From Nitrospirota bacterium (GTDB lineage: Bacteria; Nitrospirota; UBA9217), in the NCBI GenBank assembly GCA_963845065.1, contig CAWJQQ010000008.1:256001-320000 (forward strand): 64,000 nt of DNA, written 5' to 3'. Shown piece after piece: positions 39,260 to 48,208 of the stretch. A program made the translations under genes and the position numbers. The notes beneath the pieces are model-generated. The model was not told the origin of the DNA. It saw only the letters and a list, made by a program, of their open reading frames with translations, and ran no database searches. Positions within the stretch are counted from its first letter, which is position 1, and each line of letters begins with the position of its first letter.

Positions 39260-40011
39260 TATTTATAACTTTTAACTTGCAATTCACTGTAGCTTGATAC
39301 AGGGTCGCCGCATAGAGGGAAGAGTTTGAGAAACCTCAGGTTTCTTAATTGATAATCGTCTTCCTATTTATAGATACCACGCAGCTTGCTGAGTGGAGGT
39401 TCATTAGGTGTCTGTTGGGTTTTTTGCCTCTTATTATTATTTATACGAATATCGGATTAAAAATTGTGCTAACAGAGCATTATTTCATCTGAGATTTTGA
39501 TTCATAAATGGGTTATGATCAAGAGTTTAATTTATGCGCTGGCAGCTTATTTGCCCTAAAAAATAGGTTTTAATTTCATAAAGTAATTTAATGTAAGTTA
39601 TTGCATTTACACAATTGTTTTGCTAATATTCTAAACGGTTAAAATTATACACGGTTATGGTCCGATTAGTATTTTTTATTTGACTAATCTCGTTGCTAAA
39701 CATACAATCTCTTGTCTCATTATGGCTTCAAAAGGATTCTAAATTTTTATCAGAAGTATGGTAAAAGATATAATTAACCGATTCACCCCGTTATACTATT
39801 TTAATTTTAATCCTTACATTTTATATAATTTATATTTTAGAAAGGGGGGCTCGCTATACCTTAACCGACAACGTGTTTTCCGCGGATTCCAGGAAACATT
39901 GGACAATGGTACCGGATAGCACGATTCTGTTAATTTGTGTTTAACAAAAGCATAAGCGTCCCAGAAACGGTTACATTTTGCATGATAATTCTATTAAGGA
40001 GGATTTCCTAA

Positions 40012-41190
40012 ATGAGCAATGATGGTAAAACACCGATGCTTGACGACCTCGAAAAAGGCACTTGGCCAAGTTTCGTAAAAGAAATCAAAAAGGCCGCTGT
40101 GAAAAGTAATACGGCGAAAGATCTGCTCAATATTTTGGAGCGATCATACCGAGATAGGGTGACCCACTGGAAGCATGGCGGTATCGTGGGTGTTCTCGGT
40201 TATGGCGGCGGCGTTATCGGCCGTTACTGTGATCTCCCGAACGAATACCCCGGTGTGGCTCATTTCCACACGGTCCGCGTCAACCAGCCGTCCGGATCCT
40301 ACTACACATCCAGCGCACTTCGTGAGATCATGGATATCTGGGACAAATATGGAAGCGGTCTGACCAACTTCCACGGATCCACGGGAGACATGGTGCTCCT
40401 CGGAACGCAGACTGATAAACTCGAACCAATCTTTGCCGAGCTTACTGCAAAGGGTTGGGATCTCGGCGGTTCCGGTTCCTGCCTCCGTACCCCAAGTTGC
40501 TGTGCCGGCATGTCCCGTTGCGAATTCGCTACCATCGATGCAATGCAAATATGCGATATCCTTACCCATAAGTTCCAGGATGAACTCCATCGTCCCGCAT
40601 TCCCCTACAAGTTCAAGATCAAGGTTTCCGGCTGCGCAAACGATTGCACTGCTGCCATTGCGCGTGCCGACATGTCAATCATTGGGACCTGGCGTGATAA
40701 TATCAGGATCGATCAGGCCGAGGTAAAGAAGTGCGCCAAGGACATGGACATCAAGACCGAAGTGATCGACACGTGTCCGACCAAGTGCATGAACTGGGAC
40801 GGCAGCACGCTCAAGATCAACGACAAGGACTGCAACCGCTGCATGCACTGCATCAACCGAATGCCCAAAGCCCTGCGCCCCGGCAAAGAGAAAGGCGCAA
40901 CCATCATGCTCGGCGGTAAAGCACCGATCGTGACTGGCGCACTCATGAGCTGGGTCATTGTTCCCTTCATGAAGCTGGAAGCCCCCTATGATAACCTCGA
41001 AGCCCTTATCCGCAAGCTTTGGGAATGGTGGGACGATCACGGAAAGAACCGCGAGCGTATCGGTGAGTTGGTAGACCGTTTGGGTATGAGATCTATGCTT
41101 GAAGCAACCGGCCTGCCACCCGTGCCGCAGATGGTGAAAGCCCCGAGGTCGAACCCGTATGTATTCTGGTCCCCGGAAGACGTGAAATAA
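40012..41190 (+). CDS. dsrA: Dissimilatory sulfite reductase alpha subunit
   Basis: WPSFV, THWKHGGIVGVLGYGGGVIGRY, HRPAFPYKFKIK.SGC.NDC, ferredoxin domain. Confidence 0.97.
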   Translation: MSNDGKTPMLDDLEKGTWPSFVKEIKKAAVKSNTAKDLLNILERSYRDRVTHWKHGGIVGVLGYGGGVIGRYCDLPNEYPGVAHFHTVRVNQPSGSYYTSSALREIMDIWDKYGSGLTNFHGSTGDMVLLGTQTDKLEPIFAELTAKGWDLGGSGSCLRTPSCCAGMSRCEFATIDAMQICDILTHKFQDELHRPAFPYKFKIKVSGCANDCTAAIARADMSIIGTWRDNIRIDQAEVKKCAKDMDIKTEVIDTCPTKCMNWDGSTLKINDKDCNRCMHCINRMPKALRPGKEKGATIMLGGKAPIVTGALMSWVIVPFMKLEAPYDNLEALIRKLWEWWDDHGKNRERIGELVDRLGMRSMLEATGLPPVPQMVKAPRSNPYVFWSPEDVK

Positions 41191-41211
41191 TCTTAAGGAG
41201 GATAACTTAAA

Positions 41212-42285
41212 ATGGCCGATAAACCTAAGAGAATAACCGATATTGGAGCTCCTCACTATGACAAATTTTTGCCTCCCGTGATCGCGAAGAACTACGGGAA
41301 GTGGAAGTATCATGAAATTATCGATAAAGGCACCATGAAACACGTATCCGAGACAGGCGAAGAACTTTATACCGTACGTATTGCAACGCCCCGTCTCGTC
41401 AGCAGCGATTATATCCGCGAAATGTGCAATTACGCTGATAAATTCAGCGGCGGCCACCTTCGCTGGACAACCCGTCATAACATCGAGTTTTTCCCAGCAA
41501 AGGATCAGGTAGAGGCGCTCAAGGCATCGCTCAAAAAGGAAGGACACCTCGTTGGCGGTATCGGCTACGGCATCAGCAACGTGGTGCATACCCAGGGCTG
41601 GATCCACTGCCACACCCCGGCAACGGACGCTTCCGGCGTGGTGAAGGCGGTAATGGATGAGCTGCATGAATACTTTACGACGAAGACCCTTCCGGCCCGC
41701 GTCAGGATCGCCCTGGCATGCTGCCTGAATATGTGCGGTGCCGTCCATTGCTCAGATATCGCGATCCTCGGCATTCACCGTAAGCCCCCGAAGATTAACG
41801 AAGCGACCATTGGTAACCAGTGCGAGATCCCTACGACTATCGCATCCTGCCCCACGGGCGCTATCAGCCCAAACCCGGCAGCGAAGTCGGTCAAGATCAA
41901 AGAAGAACGTTGCATGTATTGCGGTAACTGCTATACGATGTGCCCGTCATTGCCATTGGCTGATGCGACCGGCGATGGTATTTCCATCTATGTCGGCGGC
42001 AAGGTGTCCAATGCCCGCGGCGTGCCCCGCATGTCCAAGCTGGCCATTCCGTTCCTCCCGAACAACCCGCCCCGCTGGCCTGAAGTCGTAAAAGCCGTAA
42101 AGCACTTGGTGGAGGTCTACGCCAAGGATGCACAGAAGCATGAGCGCATGGGTGAGTGGATTGAGCGCATTGGTTGGGAGCGGTTCTTTAAACTGACCGG
42201 TATCGCATTTACGTATCAGCACATTGACGATTTCACCTTTGCTCGCGATACGTTCAGAATGACCCCATCCTTCAAGTGGGAATAA
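41212..42285 (+). CDS. dsrB: Dissimilatory sulfite reductase beta subunit
   Basis: [54 protein letters not shown]. Confidence 0.97.
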   Translation: MADKPKRITDIGAPHYDKFLPPVIAKNYGKWKYHEIIDKGTMKHVSETGEELYTVRIATPRLVSSDYIREMCNYADKFSGGHLRWTTRHNIEFFPAKDQVEALKASLKKEGHLVGGIGYGISNVVHTQGWIHCHTPATDASGVVKAVMDELHEYFTTKTLPARVRIALACCLNMCGAVHCSDIAILGIHRKPPKINEATIGNQCEIPTTIASCPTGAISPNPAAKSVKIKEERCMYCGNCYTMCPSLPLADATGDGISIYVGGKVSNARGVPRMSKLAIPFLPNNPPRWPEVVKAVKHLVEVYAKDAQKHERMGEWIERIGWERFFKLTGIAFTYQHIDDFTFARDTFRMTPSFKWE

Positions 42286-42308
42286 TTGTCTGAAAGGTGT
42301 ATTCTATT

Positions 42309-42341
42309 AATCCGGCCCTGGATTTACTCCGGGGCCGGATT
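42309..42341 (+). promoter_or_regulatory. GC-rich stem-loop between dsrB and dsrD, no U-tract (possible mRNA stabiliser)
   Basis: AATCCGGCCCTGGA/TCCGGGGCCGGATT inverted repeat. Confidence 0.55.
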
Positions 42342-42373
42342 GACTGTTGTTACAACTTACCGGAGGGACGATT

Positions 42374-42610
42374 ATGGATGCTGTAGAACTGCAGAAAAAA
42401 GTGTATGAGCTGGTGCAAAAGAGCCAGGGTAAGAAAAAGCTGAAGCCCAAGGACATCAGCAATGCCATGGAGGCGGAAGGCGCGACCCAGGCTGAGGTTA
42501 AAGCCGCGCTCCGCGAGCTGATAGACGGCGGCAAGCTGGTATATTCCTACTTCGGCGGCACTGCTGTCGAAATCCCGCATACAGAGGGTTCGGCTAACCC
42601 GCAGTCATAA
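42374..42610 (+). CDS. dsrD: DsrD-like winged-helix protein
   Basis: 78 aa directly after dsrB; KKKLKPKD, ALRELIDGGKLVYSYFGG; GGAGG RBS. Confidence 0.8.
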   Translation: MDAVELQKKVYELVQKSQGKKKLKPKDISNAMEAEGATQAEVKAALRELIDGGKLVYSYFGGTAVEIPHTEGSANPQS

Positions 42611-44007
42611 TGCAGACCGTACCGAGGCTGGTAATTTCAGCCGCGAGGGGCGGGCTCGGCAAGACAACCCTGTCCCTCGCCATTATCGCCGCTTGGATAA
42701 AGCGAGGCAGGCAGGTTGCGGTTTTTAAAAAAGGACCGGATTTCATTGATGCGGGCTGGCTCGGGGTGGCGGCAGGAAGATCCTGTTATAACCTCGATAT
42801 GTTCATGATGGATCCGGGTCGCATTCAGCGCTCTTTTATTGACCATGTAGCCGGCGTAGATGCGGCTATCATCGAGGGAAACCGCGGGTTGTATGACGGC
42901 GTAGACGAGTCTGGGAATTACAGCACTGCCCGATTAGCAAAACTCCTAAAGACGCCCGTTATTTTGATCGTCGATGGAACGAAGGCTTCCGCAACGGTCG
43001 CGGCTGTCGTTTTAGGTTTGCAGCACTATGACGCAGACGTCCTCATCGGCGGGATTATTCTGAACAACGTTTCGTCGATGCGCCATGAAAGCGTCATCCG
43101 GAAGGCGATTGCAGCAAGCAGCGGCATCCCCGTAGTCGGCGTCGTACCAAAACAGCGAAGCGGCGAGTTTCCTGAGCGTCATATGGGTTTGACGCCGTTC
43201 CACGAACACCCTGAAGTAGAGCACGCGATAGACGCTTCAGCTACCATCGCAGAAAACCATCTCGATCTTGAAGTTCTGTGGAATATCGCTTGCACTGCTC
43301 CAGCAATCGAAAATGGGGAAAGCTCGATAAATCAGATGCCCCTGCGCGTAGAGGACCGTGTTGTTGTGGGAGTCATCAGGGACCGCGCATTTCAGTTCTA
43401 CTATCCCGATAACCTGGAAGAGCTAGAACGACATGGGGCACTGATCAAAGAAATAAATGCACTAAATGATAAAAGATTGCCCAACGATATCAATGCCATC
43501 TATATCGGTGGAGGATTTCCGGAAACGCAGGCTGCGGAACTGGCGGCGAACCAGGGTTTTTGTACATCGCTCAAAGCAGCAGCAGAAAACGGAATGCCCA
43601 TTTATGCGGAGTGCGGCGGTCTGATTTACCTAGGGAGAAGCCTTACCGTCGGTGGCAAACGCTATGCCATGACAGAAGTGCTACCGCTCGATTTTGTTCT
43701 TGAGAAAAGACCGCAGGCGCATGGATACACGATATTGGAGACCGGCGGCAACAGTCTGTTCCTTGACAAGGGTATCACAATTCGCGGTCATGAGTTTCAC
43801 TATTCTCGTGTTATCAATCTTGACGGCTTGCCTGCCTTGGCGTATCATGTTTTAAGGGGCAGCGGTATAGACGGGAAATCTGACGGTATAGTATATAAAA
43901 ATGTGTTGGCATCATATACTCATCTCCATGCCCTCGGAACACCTGAATGGGCGCCGGCTATGATTCGAAGCGCCCTCGGTCATCGAAACGTGAAGCGGCA
44001 CGCTTAG
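42610..44007 (+). CDS. dsrN: Siroheme amidase (cobyrinate a,c-diamide synthase family)
   Basis: GKTT, FKKGPDFID, IEGNRGLYDG, PERHMGL, YAECGG, GHEFHYS; dsr context. Confidence 0.9.
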   Translation: MQTVPRLVISAARGGLGKTTLSLAIIAAWIKRGRQVAVFKKGPDFIDAGWLGVAAGRSCYNLDMFMMDPGRIQRSFIDHVAGVDAAIIEGNRGLYDGVDESGNYSTARLAKLLKTPVILIVDGTKASATVAAVVLGLQHYDADVLIGGIILNNVSSMRHESVIRKAIAASSGIPVVGVVPKQRSGEFPERHMGLTPFHEHPEVEHAIDASATIAENHLDLEVLWNIACTAPAIENGESSINQMPLRVEDRVVVGVIRDRAFQFYYPDNLEELERHGALIKEINALNDKRLPNDINAIYIGGGFPETQAAELAANQGFCTSLKAAAENGMPIYAECGGLIYLGRSLTVGGKRYAMTEVLPLDFVLEKRPQAHGYTILETGGNSLFLDKGITIRGHEFHYSRVINLDGLPALAYHVLRGSGIDGKSDGIVYKNVLASYTHLHALGTPEWAPAMIRSALGHRNVKRHA

Positions 44008-44017
44008 AAAGCAGGTT

Positions 44018-44386
44018 TTGTTGAGGTCCGGACCAAGGGAAGGCATCGAGCCGGTTTGTCCGTTTTGCAGTGCAAGCCTGGCTCGCCCTGCAACAATGAC
44101 CATCAATACGACGGAACGCGTGTCAGGTGGAACATGCGGCACTTGCGGAGCGGTTTACCTTGTCGATCCCACGGGCAAGAATGTGGGAGAGATGATGACA
44201 CAGGGTCTTGGCATTGTGGCGGAGAAACTGTCGAAAGAAATGGCTGACCTCGTTGCGGGAGAAGACTATGAAGATGCAGTGCTTAGTTATGATTGGCGGA
44301 TGCATCGATCACCCGGCATCAGCAAGGGCTTTATGGACAGGTATGGTCGATTATATATTATAAAGATGAAACAGAAACCTTCTTGA
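44018..44386 (+). CDS. Cys-rich (CPFC...CGTC) hypothetical protein between dsrN and dsrC
   Basis: TTG start 10 nt after the dsrN stop; two CxxC pairs. Confidence 0.7.
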   Translation: MLRSGPREGIEPVCPFCSASLARPATMTINTTERVSGGTCGTCGAVYLVDPTGKNVGEMMTQGLGIVAEKLSKEMADLVAGEDYEDAVLSYDWRMHRSPGISKGFMDRYGRLYIIKMKQKPS

Positions 44387-44508
44387 ACAAGGTTTTGTAA
44401 TTCGTATGGGCGCACAAACGGGTTGCCGTGGGAAAATAAGAAGATGTTCAATTAGATAGATGAGGATGCCGATGAGGCGTCCAACTTATTTCATGAAAGG
44501 GGAACAAC

Positions 44509-44844
44509 ATGGGCACAATAACAGTAAAGGGCAAAAATATTGAAGTGGATGAAGACGGTTTTTTGGCGAGTCTGGATGATTGGAGTATGGACGTTGCAAA
44601 CTATTTTGCAGAGGTCGAGGGGATTGAGATGTCGGCTCAACATTGGGAAGTTGTAAATTTCCTCCGCGACTACTACAAACAGTATCAGATTGCGCCGATG
44701 ATCAAGATCCTTGTAAAGGAAATTGGCAAGAAGCTTGGACCCGAAAAAGGCAATACTAAATATTTGTATGAGCTCTATCCCGGCGGCCCGGCCAAGCAAG
44801 CTTGTAAAATAGCCGGTCTTCCGAAGCCCACCGGTTGCGTATAG
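44509..44844 (+). CDS. dsrC: Sulfur-carrier protein DsrC
   Basis: VDEDGFL, YLYELYPGGPAKQACKIAGLPKPTGCV with both C-terminal Cys. Confidence 0.96.
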   Translation: MGTITVKGKNIEVDEDGFLASLDDWSMDVANYFAEVEGIEMSAQHWEVVNFLRDYYKQYQIAPMIKILVKEIGKKLGPEKGNTKYLYELYPGGPAKQACKIAGLPKPTGCV

Positions 44845-45044
44845 GATCGTTTCTCATTTTTCCATTACCGCCCATTTCCTGCCACAGCCCAAATCGTCTT
44901 GGGTCTGCGAGGACATCGGGATTGAAGGAACCGGTCATCTTTTTTGCCAGGCGCATGCAACAGCGGCCCCACATGTTATTTGCTACTGTTTCGTTGCGAT
45001 TCTGAAGCCGTGAGCGTCAGAAGCTGAAGAGAAAGGTACCAGGC

Positions 45045-45230
45045 ATGTATAAGGTAACTATTGACAAGAACAAGTGCGGTAGAGATGGCACCTGCGTTAT
45101 TGTGTGTCCGCAGTCAGTGTTCAAAGTAGAAAGCGGCAAGACGGAGCCCGTATACATGTCAGAATGCATCAAGTGCCTGACCTGCATCGAAAGCTGCCCG
45201 CAGCAGGCTATCTCGGTCTCCGAGATATAA
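45045..45230 (+). CDS. Dicluster ferredoxin, copy 1
   Basis: CGRDGTC...CP and CIKCLTC...CP motifs. Confidence 0.9.
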   Translation: MYKVTIDKNKCGRDGTCVIVCPQSVFKVESGKTEPVYMSECIKCLTCIESCPQQAISVSEI

Positions 45231-45253
45231 TGCGGTACCCAGCAGTCATACCA

Positions 45254-45288
45254 AGGGGATAGTTATATAACTAATCCCCTGTTTTTTT
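45254..45288 (+). terminator. Rho-independent terminator after ferredoxin
   Basis: AGGGGATAGTT/AACTAATCCCCT imperfect stem followed by a T-run. Confidence 0.75.
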
Positions 45289-45290
45289 AT

Positions 45291-45407
45291 CACCCTTGCC
45301 AGAAAACCCCAGTTTTTTTAAACTGGGGAGGAAGGCTGCCCGGAAGCGGAGGCTGAATCACCTTTGTTTGACCGGAAACCACGGGCTTTAGCCCGTATGT
45401 AGTTCAT
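45291..45407 (+). mobile_element. 117-bp non-autonomous IS200/IS605-type element with TTAT/TCAT specificity
   Basis: TTAT|, AAAA guide (45303-45306), hairpin CCCCAGTTT..AAACTGGGG; GAAA guide (45375-45378), hairpin ACGGGCTTTAGCCCGT, TCAT| (45404-45407). Confidence 0.72.
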
Positions 45408-45432
45408 TAATAAGCGTCGGGGAGGTGAGGTA

Positions 45433-45732
45433 ATGAAACTAGCGATATTTTTAAGCGACTGGAGAAGGACCGAGGACTCCTTTGAAAGACTGAAGGCCGA
45501 CAAGATGGGAGTAATCCTCGTAGGCAATGGCGTCTATCATGCCGTTGTCAAGGAGAACGGTAAGGATTCACCTGTGCTTTCTAAGGCAGGAGCGAGCTTT
45601 TACGTGCTGTCCGATGATCTGACCACGAGGGGCTATACGGCAGCAAACGTCAACTCAAAAGTAAAGGTCGTAAGTTACGGCGATATCGTCGACCTTATTA
45701 TGAATGATTACGAGAAATCGGCTTGGTTATAG
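45433..45732 (+). CDS. DsrH/TusB-like protein
   Basis: ILVGNGVY, YVLSDDL..RG, VSYGDIVDL. Confidence 0.8.
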   Translation: MKLAIFLSDWRRTEDSFERLKADKMGVILVGNGVYHAVVKENGKDSPVLSKAGASFYVLSDDLTTRGYTAANVNSKVKVVSYGDIVDLIMNDYEKSAWL

Positions 45733-45815
45733 GACAACAACTGAGGTGGGCTAGGGGCATTGTCGGATAGTATATGTGCTCCCTCATCCATCATGCATAG
45801 TTTAAGGAGGATAAA

Positions 45816-46175
45816 ATGGGAGAATTAACGTTAGGAGTATTCCCGTCCCTGGTCGGTTCGATGACGCTTGATTTTTCGTTTAAGATTGCCGACGCGGCAA
45901 TTGCCAAGGGTCATAAGGTGAATATGTGGCTGTCCGGCAATGCTGTTATGATGGCCAAAAAGGGACAGAAGCAGTTTAAGGATTACTCGCACAATGAAAA
46001 ACTCATGAAGGAACTGATCGGCAAGGGCATGGAAATTACGGTCTGCGAAGCTTGTGCCGAAGCCCGGGGGTATCATAAAGAAGACACTCCGGAAGGCATG
46101 AAGCGTGCCAGCATGGACTGGTATCTGGCCAAGACAGTCAAGACCGACAGACTGCTTCATATCGGAGGTGAGTAA
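45816..46175 (+). CDS. DsrE/TusD-like sulfurtransferase
   Basis: AAIAKGHKV.MWL.GNAV, VCEACAEARG. Confidence 0.8.
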   Translation: MGELTLGVFPSLVGSMTLDFSFKIADAAIAKGHKVNMWLSGNAVMMAKKGQKQFKDYSHNEKLMKELIGKGMEITVCEACAEARGYHKEDTPEGMKRASMDWYLAKTVKTDRLLHIGGE

Positions 46176-46588
46176 TGGGCGCCGTAAATTTACTATTCGT
46201 TGTGCAGAGACCGCCGTACAAGAGCGAGAACCCCCGTCTTGCGCTCACCCATGCCATCGCCAGCCAGACGGCAGAGATCTACATGGATGATGGCGATTCC
46301 GTTGTCCCGATTATTGTTTTCGTCGGTGACGGCGTATTGAATGTGGTGAAGGACCAGCAGGCTATGAAGGTCTACGGGGTGACAAGCACGGAAAACCATA
46401 TCAAAAGCTGCCTGATGATCGACCTCCCGGTTTGGGTCTGTAAGGAAGACATGCAGCGGCTCGGACTTAAAGAAGACAACATGATCACCAATGCCGAGGA
46501 TATGGGCGCCGAGATGAAAACAAAGTTCGTCTCATTCGCCGAGATCCAGAAAGAAATGGAGTCCGTGAAGCACCTGCTGTTCTTTTAA
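46175..46588 (+). CDS. DsrF/TusC-like protein
   Basis: FVVQRPPY.SE, VFVGDGV...VKDQ, VCKED..RLG. Confidence 0.78.
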   Translation: MGAVNLLFVVQRPPYKSENPRLALTHAIASQTAEIYMDDGDSVVPIIVFVGDGVLNVVKDQQAMKVYGVTSTENHIKSCLMIDLPVWVCKEDMQRLGLKEDNMITNAEDMGAEMKTKFVSFAEIQKEMESVKHLLFF

Positions 46589-46626
46589 CAACGGGATTCC
46601 CAGCAGCAAACGCTGTCGGCGCGCTT

Positions 46627-47157
46627 ATGGTTCACGAGAAAATGAAACTAAACCACTATTTGCTGGAAAAAAAAACCGCCATTCTGAAAAAATGGTTCGA
46701 CGCCGTTGCCGAGACGTATCCCAACGAAACGTCCGCCTTTTTAAAGAAGCAGAAGGCCCAGTTCACCAACCCGGTCGGCTATACGCTTTCGGAAGGGCTC
46801 GAGCATCTGTTCGACGCACTGCTCCAGGGGATGCTGCCCGACACGGTTTCCCAGTTCCTCGACAGCATAGTCAGGCTGCGGGCGATACAGGAATTCGCGC
46901 CTTCTGAGGCAGTGATGTTCATCTTCCGTCTAAAGAAGGTGGTCCGTCAGGAGCTTGGCAACGAGCTCCTGCAACAACAGGCAATCATCGAGGAACTGGC
47001 GACCTTCGAGTCTGCCGTTGACGACTTGGCCCTTTACGCTTTCGACCTTTACGTAAAGTGCCGCGAGAAGATTTTTGAACTAAAGGCAAATGAAGCAAAA
47101 AATATGACCTTCAGGCTTTTGCAGCAAGCGCGTCTCATCGTCGACAACCAGGATTGA
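46627..47157 (+). CDS. dsrT: DsrT (RsbRD N-terminal-like)
   Basis: ILKKWF...ETYP, QFTNPVG, IVRLRAIQEFAPSEA, CREKIFELK; precedes dsrM. Confidence 0.88.
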   Translation: MVHEKMKLNHYLLEKKTAILKKWFDAVAETYPNETSAFLKKQKAQFTNPVGYTLSEGLEHLFDALLQGMLPDTVSQFLDSIVRLRAIQEFAPSEAVMFIFRLKKVVRQELGNELLQQQAIIEELATFESAVDDLALYAFDLYVKCREKIFELKANEAKNMTFRLLQQARLIVDNQD

Positions 47158-47213
47158 GACTTCACGTGCGAGATGGCTTAGGCTGCTAACCTAAATTGAA
47201 AAGAGGTAACGAG

Positions 47214-48206
47214 ATGAAAGCCATAATATCTTTCATTGCAGTGCTTATCCTCGCGGCGATTGCCTATGTGGGGGTCGGGATACTGAAAGCCCAATACCTT
47301 TTCGGCGTTGTCATCCCGTACCTGGCTGTTGCTACCTTTGTTGTCTTTATGATCGTCCGCGTTCTCAAGTGGGGCAGCTCGCCGATTCCATTCCGCATTC
47401 CCACGACTTGCGGCCAGCAAAAGTCATTTCCCTGGATAAAACACAGCAAACTTGAAAATCCCTCCGGCACTCTCGGAGTGATGGGCAGGATGGCGCTTGA
47501 AGTGCTGTTTTTCCGCTCGCTTTTCAGGAACCTGAGAACGCAGCTTCGGGACGATTCTCAATTAACCTACGGAGAGGCCAAATGGCTTTGGGCGGCAGGG
47601 CTGGCGTTCCACTGGTCGTTTCTGATAATCCTGATCAGACATCTCAGGTTTTTTACCCAGCAGGTCCCGGCGGCAGTGCAGTTGGTAGAATCGCTCGACA
47701 GCTTCCTGCAGATTGGCGTGCCGCTCCTGTATATGACCGATGCGGTGCTCCTGGGTGCTGTTACCTATCTCTTTCTCAGAAGGATCGGGCTTCCCCAGGT
47801 CCGTTATATGTCCCTCATCAACGATTACTTCCCGCTATTTCTGATCTTCGGCATAGCACTTTCCGGCGTGCTCATGCGGTACTTCTTTAAAACCGACGTT
47901 GTCAGCATCAAGATGCTCACAATGAGCTTGGTCGGGTTCCATCCGTCAATCCCGGAGGGTATCGGCGTTATTTTTTATATCCACTTGTTTCTACTGTGTA
48001 CACTGTTTGCTTATTTCCCTTTCAGCAAACTTGTCCACATGGGTGGTGTTTTCATGAGCCCTACCCGTGTCCTGGCAAACAACAGCCGCGTAAAGCGGCA
48101 TATAAATCCCTGGAATTATCCGGTCCATATCCACACCTATGAGGAATACGAAAATGACTTCCGGGCTAAGATGAAAGAAGCCGGCCTGCCGGTAGAAAAG
48201 GAGTAA
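47214..48206 (+). CDS. dsrM: DsrM membrane cytochrome b
   Basis: PFRIPTTCGQQKS, FFRSLFRN, FHWSF...RH, FSKLVH, NNSR..RHINPWN. Confidence 0.95.
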   Translation: MKAIISFIAVLILAAIAYVGVGILKAQYLFGVVIPYLAVATFVVFMIVRVLKWGSSPIPFRIPTTCGQQKSFPWIKHSKLENPSGTLGVMGRMALEVLFFRSLFRNLRTQLRDDSQLTYGEAKWLWAAGLAFHWSFLIILIRHLRFFTQQVPAAVQLVESLDSFLQIGVPLLYMTDAVLLGAVTYLFLRRIGLPQVRYMSLINDYFPLFLIFGIALSGVLMRYFFKTDVVSIKMLTMSLVGFHPSIPEGIGVIFYIHLFLLCTLFAYFPFSKLVHMGGVFMSPTRVLANNSRVKRHINPWNYPVHIHTYEEYENDFRAKMKEAGLPVEKE

Positions 48207-48208
48207 TC

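Noticed and set aside
39908..39922. sigma54 promoter TGGTAC...TAGCA upstream of dsrA
   Set aside because: GG-to-GC spacing is 9 nt rather than the required 10
40675..41748. 357-aa minus-strand ORF
   Set aside because: Antisense shadow of dsrA/dsrB with no recognisable motifs
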